Part shown: one piece after another, positions 54,055 through 64,000 of the stretch
How the letters are laid out: each line of letters opens with the position of its first letter
Position numbering within the stretch: position 1 is the stretch's first letter
NCBI GenBank assembly: GCA_021605095.1
Contig: BPLR01000781.1
Span: 66,414-130,413, forward strand
DNA: 64,000 nucleotides
Source: Caerostris extrusa
Taxonomy: Eukaryota
Direction: 5' to 3'
Translations under genes and position numbers: made by a program
The notes under the pieces: model-generated
Seen by the model: only the letters and a program-made list of their open reading frames with translations
Databases searched by the model: none
What the model was told of the DNA's origin: nothing

Positions 54055-57000
54055 CATAATTTAAAAAAAAATTAAATATAATTTTAAATTGTTTATCATA
54101 GAAGGCAGTATAATATTTATTTTAATCACAAGTATGTTTAATGTTTATATTAAATCAGTTTATTGTAAATTATAAAATATATAAGCATTGAAATCAAAAA
54201 ATAATTATTAAAATTATGATTAACATATTATTCTTTATTTTTAATATTTCTAAAGAGTTAATCAAACAATTTAACATATATCTTTTTCACATATTTAAAA
54301 GAATTATTTACTATAATTTGATATTCAATTGATATTTTTTAGCTTATAGAAATTTTTTTCAGATGTATTTCATATAAATGCATTAATTTCTGTTCATGTT
54401 ATTTTAAAGCAATTATTATGTTTGTCTTTTTTTATAATAAAGCAATAATGTTTTCATAAAATTTTTAAACTCTTTTTAAACTTTCAATTTAATTATATTT
54501 CAAAAGAACATTTTGAAATATAATTAAATTGAATAAGACAATAGTATAAATTTTGAACTATAATTAATATTCCTTATTTATTATGGTATCATTTTTTTTC
54601 TGAAATTATCTAGTATTCATTCAACTTAAAAAGAAAACTGTCATTAAAATACCATGAAAATTTTTTTAGATACTTTCCTGTATAGTAATTTTGGCAAATT
54701 AAGCATGTAAAAAATGTACAAGATAATTTGTTTTATTTTTCAACCAACTTAATTTTAGTGACGCATGAATACTCATACATGATTTTTTTTTTTTTTTACT
54801 TGAATGAAAATATAATGTATCTTCTGTTGGAACTAGAATTTCAGATTTATTAGCTCTTCATGTCAAGCAATAAAAAATGTCATTATGATAAAAGAAACAA
54901 TTGAATTTTTCAGAAAAAAAGGACTTATTTTCATGATTGAAAATATATTGAATAATAGCTGTCTTGCATAATATTGGTCAAATTGATGAATTTATGTTTT
55001 GACAATATATGCATCAAGGCAACTCTTCATTGCTATAATAAACTTTTATAGAAGTTGAATTTTATGTAAACTTTTTATTGTTTCATTTATTTCTGCAATT
55101 TCTTGTAAGTAAATGAATAATATAGCATTTAATATTGTCAAAGTCACTATCATTCAATGTTTTCTAAAAGATTTCTGAAGGCTGCTGTAGCAAAATATTT
55201 TTTATAATATATTTTGGTCATTTATTAGGCATTATAGTTTATTCAATGTAATTTAACCCTTTCAACTTCTTAAAAATAACAATTATATTTATTTAACTAA
55301 TGAACTTTTATTTTGGATTGTTAAGAAAAATTCTTACATGAAAAACAAGTTGATCAAATGGAGAAAGGTTGTTTTTGTGTGTGTATGTGTTTAAATATAA
55401 AAAGCATCCTACATATATTGCCATTAAAAAAAAAAAAAAAAAAACTGCAAAAATATTTTATTTTTTTCATATTAACTGAATGCATCATAGCAGTTTCTGA
55501 AACAAATGAAAATATTGGATTTCATATTGCTGTAAAAGCTGAAATAAATAATCACAGATTTGTATTGATTTACGAAATTCTGATTTTACTCAGAAATAAC
55601 TGTTATTTGCTCAGGAGAGATTCCGTTTTTTATGTATTCTATAATTTTTATACTTGTTTCTTCTAATAAATATAAGTGTGTCATAGTTTATAAGTTAACA
55701 TTACATTTTAATTAAAATGTGTAATTTAGTTTTTATATATGTTTGACAGACTATTCTGTGATTAGAAATCAGCAGTAATTGTCAAGCATTAAATTTTGCT
55801 TTTATAGAATCTATACATTGCTACAAAATCTAAATATTCATAAATAAGACAGCTTTATATTCACTTTCACTAAGAATTTAAAAATTGTTAGAATTATTTA
55901 ATGAATGTCAATATGTTTATTGGTCTTGCCTATAAATAATAAAGGACTTAATCTTAACAGTTGATATAAAACTTGCCTTTCTATGTTCTTAGGAACTATT
56001 GCTGGTTGTATGTTCTATGAAAACTTACCTAGAACTTTAAATTTGTAAAATTTTGTCAGTAGATTTTATAGGATGCAGATCATTTTGCAATACTTTTTTA
56101 TAATGATAAAATGTGTATACACAAAATATTTTATACTATACATGCATTTCAGTGTGGAAAATAGTTGAGTTAAGAATTAATGTAACATGGGAAGACAGTT
56201 AAAATAAAATAGCATTACGATGCAATAATTTTAAAAATGTTATCTTTGCATACCTAGAATAATAAATGCTAAACATACAATAATCTTGCAACTTATAGTC
56301 TAGTTATCATGACAGTTGTAAAATAATTGTGCAGTTATGTGCATCAATGTTGTACTGCTTATTGATTGCATAACTACTGTGGTTTGTTGGTTGTTTTATT
56401 ATTTTACTTATAAAATTTTTTCTTGCTTTTATTTTTTAAATTTTTCATATATGATAATGTAAATTTAAGATAAAAAATAATTTAAACCTAAGAAATTCAT
56501 TATATATACTACATGATGAAAATTCCAGGGGTAATAATGCTCTGAATTTTTAAAAAGTTTCTTGTTGAGTAATTTTTCTCTAAAATGTTTGCTTTTCCAT
56601 CTCTGAAACAAATATGCTTACATTTTCACATTATTAATATTTTTCACGTGTCTCAATTATCAGTATGATTTAACAAAATATGTATATTTTTCTGCATTTT
56701 TTAATTTATAATAGTAAATGGTTTTATGTTAAACATCAATGAGAATGTGATATAGTCTTCAACTTGAAACTCTGTCAAATCTTATATTGCAGTTTTGCTT
56801 GTAAAAAGGGGGCCTTAATTTATTTGATATATAATTCAGTAAGTTTTAATGGCACACATCCTTATTATTACTCCTGGATAAATTAAAAAGTGAATTTATT
56901 GTAAAATTATTTTAAATGTTGAACCATTTACAACAAAATTGTTTAATATTAAAAATTTTTTTTATATTTATAAATCTATATACTATTGTACTTATTTTTC

Positions 57001-58129
57001 AATACAATAGCAAACTTACATTTCTTCTCATAGTAAGTACATTCATATAAATTGGTTTGTTGTTGCATTAAAAAATAAGTAAATTAGTAATTCTTTTTAC
57101 TGCAAATGAAAAATTATATTTAAACAACAATTATCTCCTGTTTAATAATTTTTATTACTGTCAATTCTACAACACTGAAAAGGTTGATTGCAAACATTCC
57201 CCTTGTACATGACAAATGTTTTTTTTAGTTTTTTGAAAGATGAAAAACTATAATGTATTTAAATTTAAACTCATTTAGCCACTACTGCCTTATAGCTCAT
57301 AATGTGCTAAATTAATAAATAGAAGTATTGCATATATTGTTACATTTTTATTATGAACATTTATCTTGTAAATTAAACATATCTATGTTAGCAAAATTTG
57401 TAATAAGTAGTTAATTGATTAGAATATCGATGCTTTCAATAAATTGTATTATCTTTCATAATAAATGTGCACTCAACTCAACTAATCTTCACAATATTAA
57501 AAAAAATTTATTATTAACTTTATTTTATAATAATTTTTTATTTTGAAATTGAAAAGTTAATATTTATATACAATACTCTGAAGTAAAGGAAGTGCTTCTT
57601 CGATGCAATAACATAATTATGAATCGTTAAATTTTCACTTTTTGTGTTATTTTAATGTCTGGTAATCACATTCTATTGAAGAATATAGTTTCACAAGACA
57701 AATATTTTACTTTATTTCAAAATTAAGTACTTAAAATTATTTGTTACTAGATATACACAATATTCTTTATTTGATGTCAATTTTGTAGTATTTTATTTAC
57801 AATAAGTGCATGCAATTTTTTTCCCCCTTTACAGAAGAATTATTTTAGAAGGAACCTCTAAATTTTTTAAAAATTTTGCTTTCAAATTAATGTAGTTTAT
57901 CATAGGTTTTAAAAAAGAATGGTTTTGTAATAATTCATTAAAAAACAATTAATGCAAAAAAAATAAATTATAATTTAGATAAATTGATAATTTCTTGTTC
58001 AAGAAAAAAAATTTAATATTGCATTGATAGTATTTGAATGCAAAAATTTTAATGTTTGAAATATATATTTGGTTAAGTGAAAAATGACTGACCAATGAAT
58101 CTAAATGAAATATATATATTTAAAAAAAA

Positions 58130-58516
58130 TTAATTAACAGAAGATAAATTAAAACAATATACATAATTATCACGACAACCTATAATTAAAAAACCATTTG
58201 AAACTATTGGTGAGGAAAATATTTCTCCTGGACACCTCCAAAACTGTATAACTTCTCCTGTATTTTGACTCAGAATATATATTATACCGACAGTAGATGC
58301 TACTGCTACATATTTATTTTCCTTCCATTGAAATGCAAATGGTGTTGCATAGATTGGAGAATCACCATTAAATTTCCAAATATTTTTTTTTCCATTGGTT
58401 GTTACACAGTATATAATAGAATCATGACAACCAAATACCAATTGATGTTTATATTGTGCTGATGTAATGCATGTTGCAGATGAAAATACAGGTCCATTAG
58501 TATTATATTCTGATAT
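58130..58516 (-). CDS. AASDH: AASDH-like gene, terminal coding exon (PQQ/beta-propeller repeats, ..LVFGCHDSIIYCV...GFLIIGCRDNYVYCFNLSSVN, stop TAA 58132-58130).
   Basis: Repeated G(S/C)HD..LY(A/C) PQQ-like blades; acceptor tttcaatag at 58518-58517. Confidence 0.7.
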   Translation of the reverse strand: MSEYNTNGPVFSSATCITSAQYKHQLVFGCHDSIIYCVTTNGKKNIWKFNGDSPIYATPFAFQWKENKYVAVASTVGIIYILSQNTGEVIQFWRCPGEIFSSPIVSNGFLIIGCRDNYVYCFNLSSVN

Positions 58517-59329
58517 CTATTGAAAAATATTGCAATTAATAAAATAATACAGCTTTATACAAAATAAATATTTTATAACGTTTTCTCATTGATGAAGAAA
58601 TTAAACAAGATTAGTATATTTTTCTTATTAATAAATAATTTTTTAAACAAATAAAACATTATAAAAAATCAAAGCAGAATATGATATATTAATGTAAAAA
58701 TGCATAAAACAGATGATTTTTAATGTTTGTAGTAACTTAAAAACCATATCACTGAAAAAATCTTCACTTTTCTCAAAATAAAGGATTATTCTGTTATTTT
58801 CACTCACCTTTCTGATGGAATAGAGCTAAACCAACAAAGCAAACAATTTAATATATATATATTAATAGTCTAAGTTAGAAAAGACTAAAAAAATTTTTTT
58901 TTTTCTCTTTATTCATTTGGGCATTTTATAACTTTTCATTATAGAGACATTACAAATAGAAATAATATTTCAAAATAAGATTATGCATTTTATAAAATCC
59001 TTCTTTCAAATTACTATGCAAATTTTATTTTATATTCGTCAATTACACTTTTCATATTGAAACTTATCACAGTGTAATATTTGTTGAAACCTGATCTAGG
59101 TTAGGTCTTAGCTAGAATTATGTTATATAGCATAAAGAAGGAACTAAAACAATGATTCTAAATTTACATAATGTTGTTACATGTTGGGTTTTTGGAATAA
59201 TGGAATATATATGAAATTTAAAGAAATAATTAAAAGCTGATAGTTGTAAAATTAATTTTGAAATATATGTCATGATGATGAATGAACATACTGAATTGAT
59301 GTATTTATAATAATATCTGACATACTTAC

Positions 59330-59461
59330 CAATGTGCCTGACAAATTAAAATGTAGAAAGCAATTATTTGTAGCACCAATAAAAAGATCTGTAGAAATAA
59401 ACAAAGGTGAAAAAAAAATTGGTTTTCCATAATTATAAGTCCAGACTGAAACACCAGTATC
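59330..59461 (-). CDS. AASDH: AASDH-like exon (DTGVSVWTYNYGKPIFFSPLFISTDLFIGATNNCFLHFNLSGTL).
   Basis: PQQ-repeat-like blade; acceptor tgtctttag; donor GTAAGTATG; phase 0 to 0. Confidence 0.7.
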
Positions 59462-60530
59462 CTAAAGACACAGAATAAAAAGAAACATTAAAACAAAAAT
59501 AAATAATCAATATAAAAATATATGGTCGAATAAAACTAGTTAAAATTAAATTTTTTTAAATTCCTTTATCTTGAGAAGAATTTTCATTTCTAAATTACAA
59601 ACCTGGTTTTTTAATTAATTTTTTTCTTCATATAATGGCAGATTAATTTAAAATTTTTTTTATATATATTTGAGTTACAAAACATACTCCATTTTTAAGA
59701 GGAAAAGAAATTTTAAAAATTTACATATTTAGAAAAAAAAGAAAGAAAAGGCACTTAAACAGAATTTTAGATAATAAACAATATGTTTGAAACATTCTCT
59801 TATTATTAAAAAATAATTTTTTTGCAGGAGCTATTTTGCTCAACATTCATTCAAAAAATTTGAAAAAGATAAACATATAAAAATTTTTAGTCATGACAAG
59901 TTATGTATATTTATTATCCTCCATCACGGTAGAGCAACTTATTTCTACTCCATATTTTATAACAAAAAATATTAAATTGCTTAATTTAGATCACATTTGG
60001 ATAGCCCTTGGTTCTCTGCTTCTTTTGATCCAATCCTGATGTGTTCGTTACAGCAAAGATAATAGCATGCATGTTGGGAGAAAACTTGGATGTTCTACTA
60101 ATTTTCACTAAGAAAATCATTTAGCATTTCAGCAGCATGTAACGTGCATGAAAATTTTTATCTATCCAGGATAAAGATGAAATGCAATAAATAATTTGGA
60201 CAAGAATATTGGATGAAAATCTCAAAATGAATCTCAAGTAACACAAATGTTCACATTGATTAATATAGTTGAAGGCCAATTTTCACACTAAATATGTTGT
60301 TCATTATATTATAAATATATGAAACCATAACTTGTCTTAATTTATTTAATGTTAATTTAATAATTTGGTCCAGTCCTTAACTCAGAGACAGAATGATAAT
60401 TTGGTCACTAAACAGAAGAAGGTTGCATATACCTGGTTTGGTTTGGTTTAGATAGTCTGCATTATTTTTGATAGTTTAATATACTAAAATGAATGAAAAA
60501 GGCAAGCATTTTAAAATAAGATGTACTGAC

Positions 60531-60656
60531 CATTTCCAAAGAAGCAATAATACCATCTAAAGTTGCAACTGAAACAATTTTATGTTCTTCAAGTAATGCT
60601 GGAGAAGAATAAATACTTCCTTTACCAATCATCTTTTTCCATAAAAGTTCTCCATT
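60531..60656 (-). CDS. AASDH: AASDH-like exon (NGELLWKKMIGKGSIYSSPALLEEHKIVSVATLDGIIASLEM).
   Basis: PQQ-repeat-like (G.LLW......I.SSP); acceptor tttttgcag; donor GTCAGT. Confidence 0.7.
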
Positions 60657-61058
60657 CTGCAAAAATAATAATGAATATGATAAAAAATATACTCCATACA
60701 CAAATATGAAATCAAGCAATTCAACTTATGAATTTTTCCTAAGCCTTTCATTAATTAATGAAAACAAATTAATATTTTTAAAAAGGCAGGATTTAAAGCT
60801 TCTGGTGAATGAGAGATATTCATTGAAATTAATAATATACAAATTTTAATAAATTATTACTACCATTAATAGAAAAATGTCAATTACATAATTTATTAGT
60901 ATGATGATTACATGAAAATATAACATGGTATAGCCTTTCTTAATTATAATTTCTTTAATTTTGTATAGTACAATCTTTTATTTAAATCTTTTAAAGAACA
61001 GATACACACAAAATACCTAAACTTAATAAATTAAATTAAATAAAAGAAATATATTTAC

Positions 61059-61219
61059 ATTGCCATTTATAGCATATAAGTGTTTATCATGGGAACCCAC
61101 AAATACTATATTTTGAGAAGACACAACAGGGGAACTTTTAACTTCTGCATTTGTATTAAACTTCCACCAAATACTTCCATCTTTGATATTCAAACAATAC
61201 AGATTATGATCATAACATC
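61059..61219 (-). CDS. AASDH: AASDH-like exon (GCYDHNLYCLNIKDGSIWWKFNTNAEVKSSPVVSSQNIVFVGSHDKHLYAINGN).
   Basis: PQQ-repeat-like; acceptor tatttttag; donor GTAAAT; the phase-1 entry matches the previous exon. Confidence 0.7.
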
Positions 61220-62271
61220 CTAAAAATATTACGGAATTAAGTAAATATTACTATTTATTGAATTAATATGCTTAAAATTTTAATAAAACTAATTAAACAG
61301 CACAAAGATTTACTATATAACGAAAAAAAAATAATTAATTGATTTTGCAAATTAAAAAGTAATCTGAAAAAGAAATTAGCACAAATATTACAATAAAATT
61401 CTATTACTCTTGAATTTAAAAAAATTATGCAGAACAGCTGAAAATATTTCATACATTTAGATGCAAAGACCTGTTTTTCAAGTAAAAATAAAATTTAGTA
61501 TTCAAATCGGACTCTTATACATTTCTTTAATCTGCAGTTGAAAGAACAGTCTATGTCAACAATAAATAGCAATTGATAAAAAGAAAACCAAACAGGCAAA
61601 TTTGTACTATAAAATATCATGAAATATAGAACTTTAATTAGCTAGACATCCATAAATGCTGAATTAAGGAAGAAATATCATGTATTGGTTTTAGTATCAA
61701 GTTTCTGTTTTCAATCTTTTCCCCCTCAAGTATTTATATTTAAACTACATTATTAATTATAATGTGTCTCTATCTAACAGCAAATCAGAATTCTTCAGCT
61801 CCTAATTGCCAAGATTATATAATTTTAAATATGAAAAAGTTAGAATGGCTTACTTTGGTGTTTATCATTTGACTACTAAAATTTTTCATCAAAAAAGAAT
61901 TTGCTCCAAATCAGAAGCACATAAACAATTTTAATCAAAGAATATTTTTATCTCTAATAACATCTTTTATAGAACTTAATCTTTTAACCATTTTGATACA
62001 CAACAATTTGTATGAACTTTTTTTCCTTATAAATCTAATATAAGTTGGTATAGAGAAATATTTAAAAGGTACTTAATTACAATCTTGAAAACATAATTTC
62101 CTTATTAAGCTAATTTCATATTAATATTTGAAAAATAAATATTTTCAGTAACTGAAAGTAAAACACAAAGAATGATTTTATACCCATTTTAATTATTCAA
62201 AAGAAAGATATAACACTTATATAGACAAAAACATGAAATTAAGTAAACTTAATATATCTAAACACACTCAC

Positions 62272-62423
62272 CAACATATACATAATTTCCACAACTTGAT
62301 AAATATGAAGATGATTCAATCCTATTAGGAAGGCAAGTAGTCCACTTAAGAGATCTCTCCAAAACATTGAAGCAACAAAATAGCCCAGAATGTGATCCAA
62401 TAAAAGCTAGAAAGTCATTGGAC
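62272..62423 (-). CDS. AASDH: AASDH-like exon (E SNDFLAFIGSHSGLFCCFNVLERSLKWTTCLPNRIESSSYLSSCGNYVYVG).
   Basis: PQQ-repeat-like (GSHSG.L.C.N...G..W); acceptor tattttag; donor GTGAGTG. Confidence 0.65.
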
Positions 62424-62589
62424 CTAAAATATTAAGTACAAATAATAGAGATACTAATTCCAAATGACACTTTTCCATAGTATCTCAGATAATTTTCTGT
62501 AGTTTCGAATACCAATGCTAAACTTTTCGAATAAATTCCAATTTTTTTTTTTTATGTAAAACATTAGTTTTAGTTTTAATAGTTTAGGA

Positions 62590-62960
62590 TAATGTACATA
62601 GCTGTATTGCAAATGTCGTAACGCAGAAGTTACACTCACTGAAATGGGACACATTGGAGCACCTGCCTTACAATCCTGATCTCTCCCCATTCGATTTTCA
62701 CAACTTTGGTTCTTAAAAAGTTCTTGAAAGGCCAACGGTTCCTGTTGAATGTAGAAGTGCAACAGGCAGTTTTAAACTTCTTCAAGCAACAGGAAGAGGA
62801 GTTTTACCACAAGAGTATAACTCCACAACCTGGTGAAGCAGTGGGATGATTGCCTAAATGCTGAAATATGTTTTGCATGACTGGCATATGAAATCTGGAC
62901 TGTACAACCTTCAAATTAAAACGTTTTGATCGCCTCTAATACATTCGATTATTTAAATAA
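62590..62960 (+). mobile_element. Mariner transposase C-terminal fragment, lying inside an AASDH intron.
   Basis: Plus-strand frame gives ..WDTLEHLPYNPDLSPFDFHNFGSLK.. and ..VQQAVLNFFKQQEEEFYHKSITPQ.. (mariner ..LPHPPYSPDLAPSDYHLF.SL.. and ..F..K...FYE.GI). GC-richer than the surrounding intron. Confidence 0.6.
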
Positions 62961-63315
62961 TATAAATAAAAAATAATCAAAATTTATAAAATTCTTTTTT
63001 AAAATTTATAAAATTTTTTATTCTTTTATAAAAGCCATCTTAAATTTATCAGTAAAATACAGATTTTAATATATTTCTAAGATAAAGTATATGTTCATTT
63101 TACACCTTTAAAGGCTAGTTTGATCAAATAAAAATTGAATAGTTTATCCTCAAAATTTTTTTTATAATTTCATATTAATGATACCAATTTCTTTTCATTT
63201 AAGTCAATTATGAAATTTAAAAATCTTGCAAGGAAAGAAAAAAGAGCATTTATTAAATACTAAAACAAAAAATGCAAATAACTTTTTATTGTAAATGAAA
63301 TACAAAAATACTTAC

Positions 63316-63794
63316 TCAAAATAATAACCACAACAAGGAGATGAATCTATGCATTTCTTTAAGTCAAATTTACAATGCAATGTCAAAGATAACTCATTAT
63401 TATTATTCAGTAATTCACTACTGCATTGTTTTTTATTACAAGTCAGTTCTTTTGAATGATTACATATCAAAGAATAGCCTCTTCTAGATACAATTTCAAA
63501 ACATTTTAAATGAGAGATGCAAATTTTCTTTAATGAAGGTTGTGTTGATGGTTCTTCAATGTCATGAAACACAATATCTTGTTTAATATTAGTAGTCTGC
63601 AATCCTTGCAAATGGGTCCTTAAGAGTTCACAAATATGTTTAAAAGAATAATTTAAAACTGTGTCTACTAATTCAGGAACTTGTACTTGTAAATCCCATT
63701 CAATATCTGATACAAACTGTAAAGCTTTAATGGAATCACCACCTTTCAGAACGAAATTATCATTTTCAGACTCTGGCTCTTGATTTGTGTAGTC
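63316..63794 (-). CDS. AASDH: AASDH-like exon encoding the phosphopantetheine-attachment (carrier) domain and linker (DYTNQEPESENDNFVLKGGDSIKALQFVSDIEWDLQVQVPELVD ... CCGYYF).
   Basis: Carrier-protein signature F.L.GGDSI.A (serine attachment site); acceptor ttttggcag at 63797-63795; perfect donor GA|GTAAGTA at 63315. Confidence 0.7.
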
Positions 63795-63883
63795 CTGCCA
63801 AAATAAAAATGCAATTTATTACAAAAAAATAAATAAATTACCACATAAATTTTTTAAAGTAGAAATACATACAAATATCTAAC

Positions 63884-64000
63884 CTTCCACAACTTAGAAA
63901 TAACTTTTACAAAATCAGAATCTGGGAATTGCTTTTTCAATTGATTTCTGTTGCTTTTTAACAAAAGTATTTTTTTATAATCTGCTTTGCCTGGAAGGTA
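63884..64000 (-). CDS. AASDH: AASDH-like exon, partial (runs off the window edge): YLPGKADYKKILLLKSNRNQLKKQFPDSDFVKVISKLWK.
   Basis: In frame with the next exon via the GTTAGA donor at 63883. LPGKADYKKIL resembles the C-terminal A10 motif of adenylation domains (LP.T.NGK.DR..L) that precedes carrier domains. Confidence 0.5.

Noticed and set aside
58265-58462. Plus-strand 65-aa ORF
   Set aside because: Antisense to the terminal AASDH exon.
62454-62762. 102-aa minus-strand ORF with ..ENRMGRDQDCKAGAPMCPIS..
   Set aside because: Antisense to a plus-strand mariner transposase fragment inside an AASDH intron. The plus-strand frame gives the mariner signature.

Overview
AT-rich metazoan (arthropod-like) genomic window with five recognisable protein-coding genes, transposon debris and long low-complexity AT tracts. 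All gene calls are by eye from protein-family similarity plus splice-site and reading-frame bookkeeping. (1) A 5-exon ribosomal protein L23a (uL23) gene on the minus strand at about 6.1-8.7 kb, with an insect-style Ala/Pro/Lys-rich N-terminal extension. (2) A complete major vault protein (MVP) gene, 14 coding exons on the minus strand from 30785 down to 20556, about 874 aa. (3) An intronless NACA (nascent polypeptide-associated complex alpha) CDS on the minus strand, 49477-50133. (4) An intronless 914-aa EMC1 CDS on the plus strand, 50769-53513, divergently paired with NACA across about 635 bp. (5) The 3' portion of an AASDH-like gene (phosphopantetheine carrier domain plus PQQ beta-propeller repeats) on the minus strand, 58130 to beyond 64000. 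The window also holds two same-orientation copies of a degraded RT-encoding non-LTR retrotransposon flanking MVP (one with an internal roughly 275-bp tandem duplication), several Tc1/mariner transposase remnants, Ty1/copia-like gag and integrase-like fragments, and a tRNA-derived SINE-like element. No prokaryote-type systems (CRISPR, operons) are present. The most notable points are the intronless, head-to-head NACA/EMC1 pair in an otherwise intron-rich neighbourhood, the presence of a vault protein gene, and an MVP exon 5/6 junction that cannot be spliced in frame with canonical signals.
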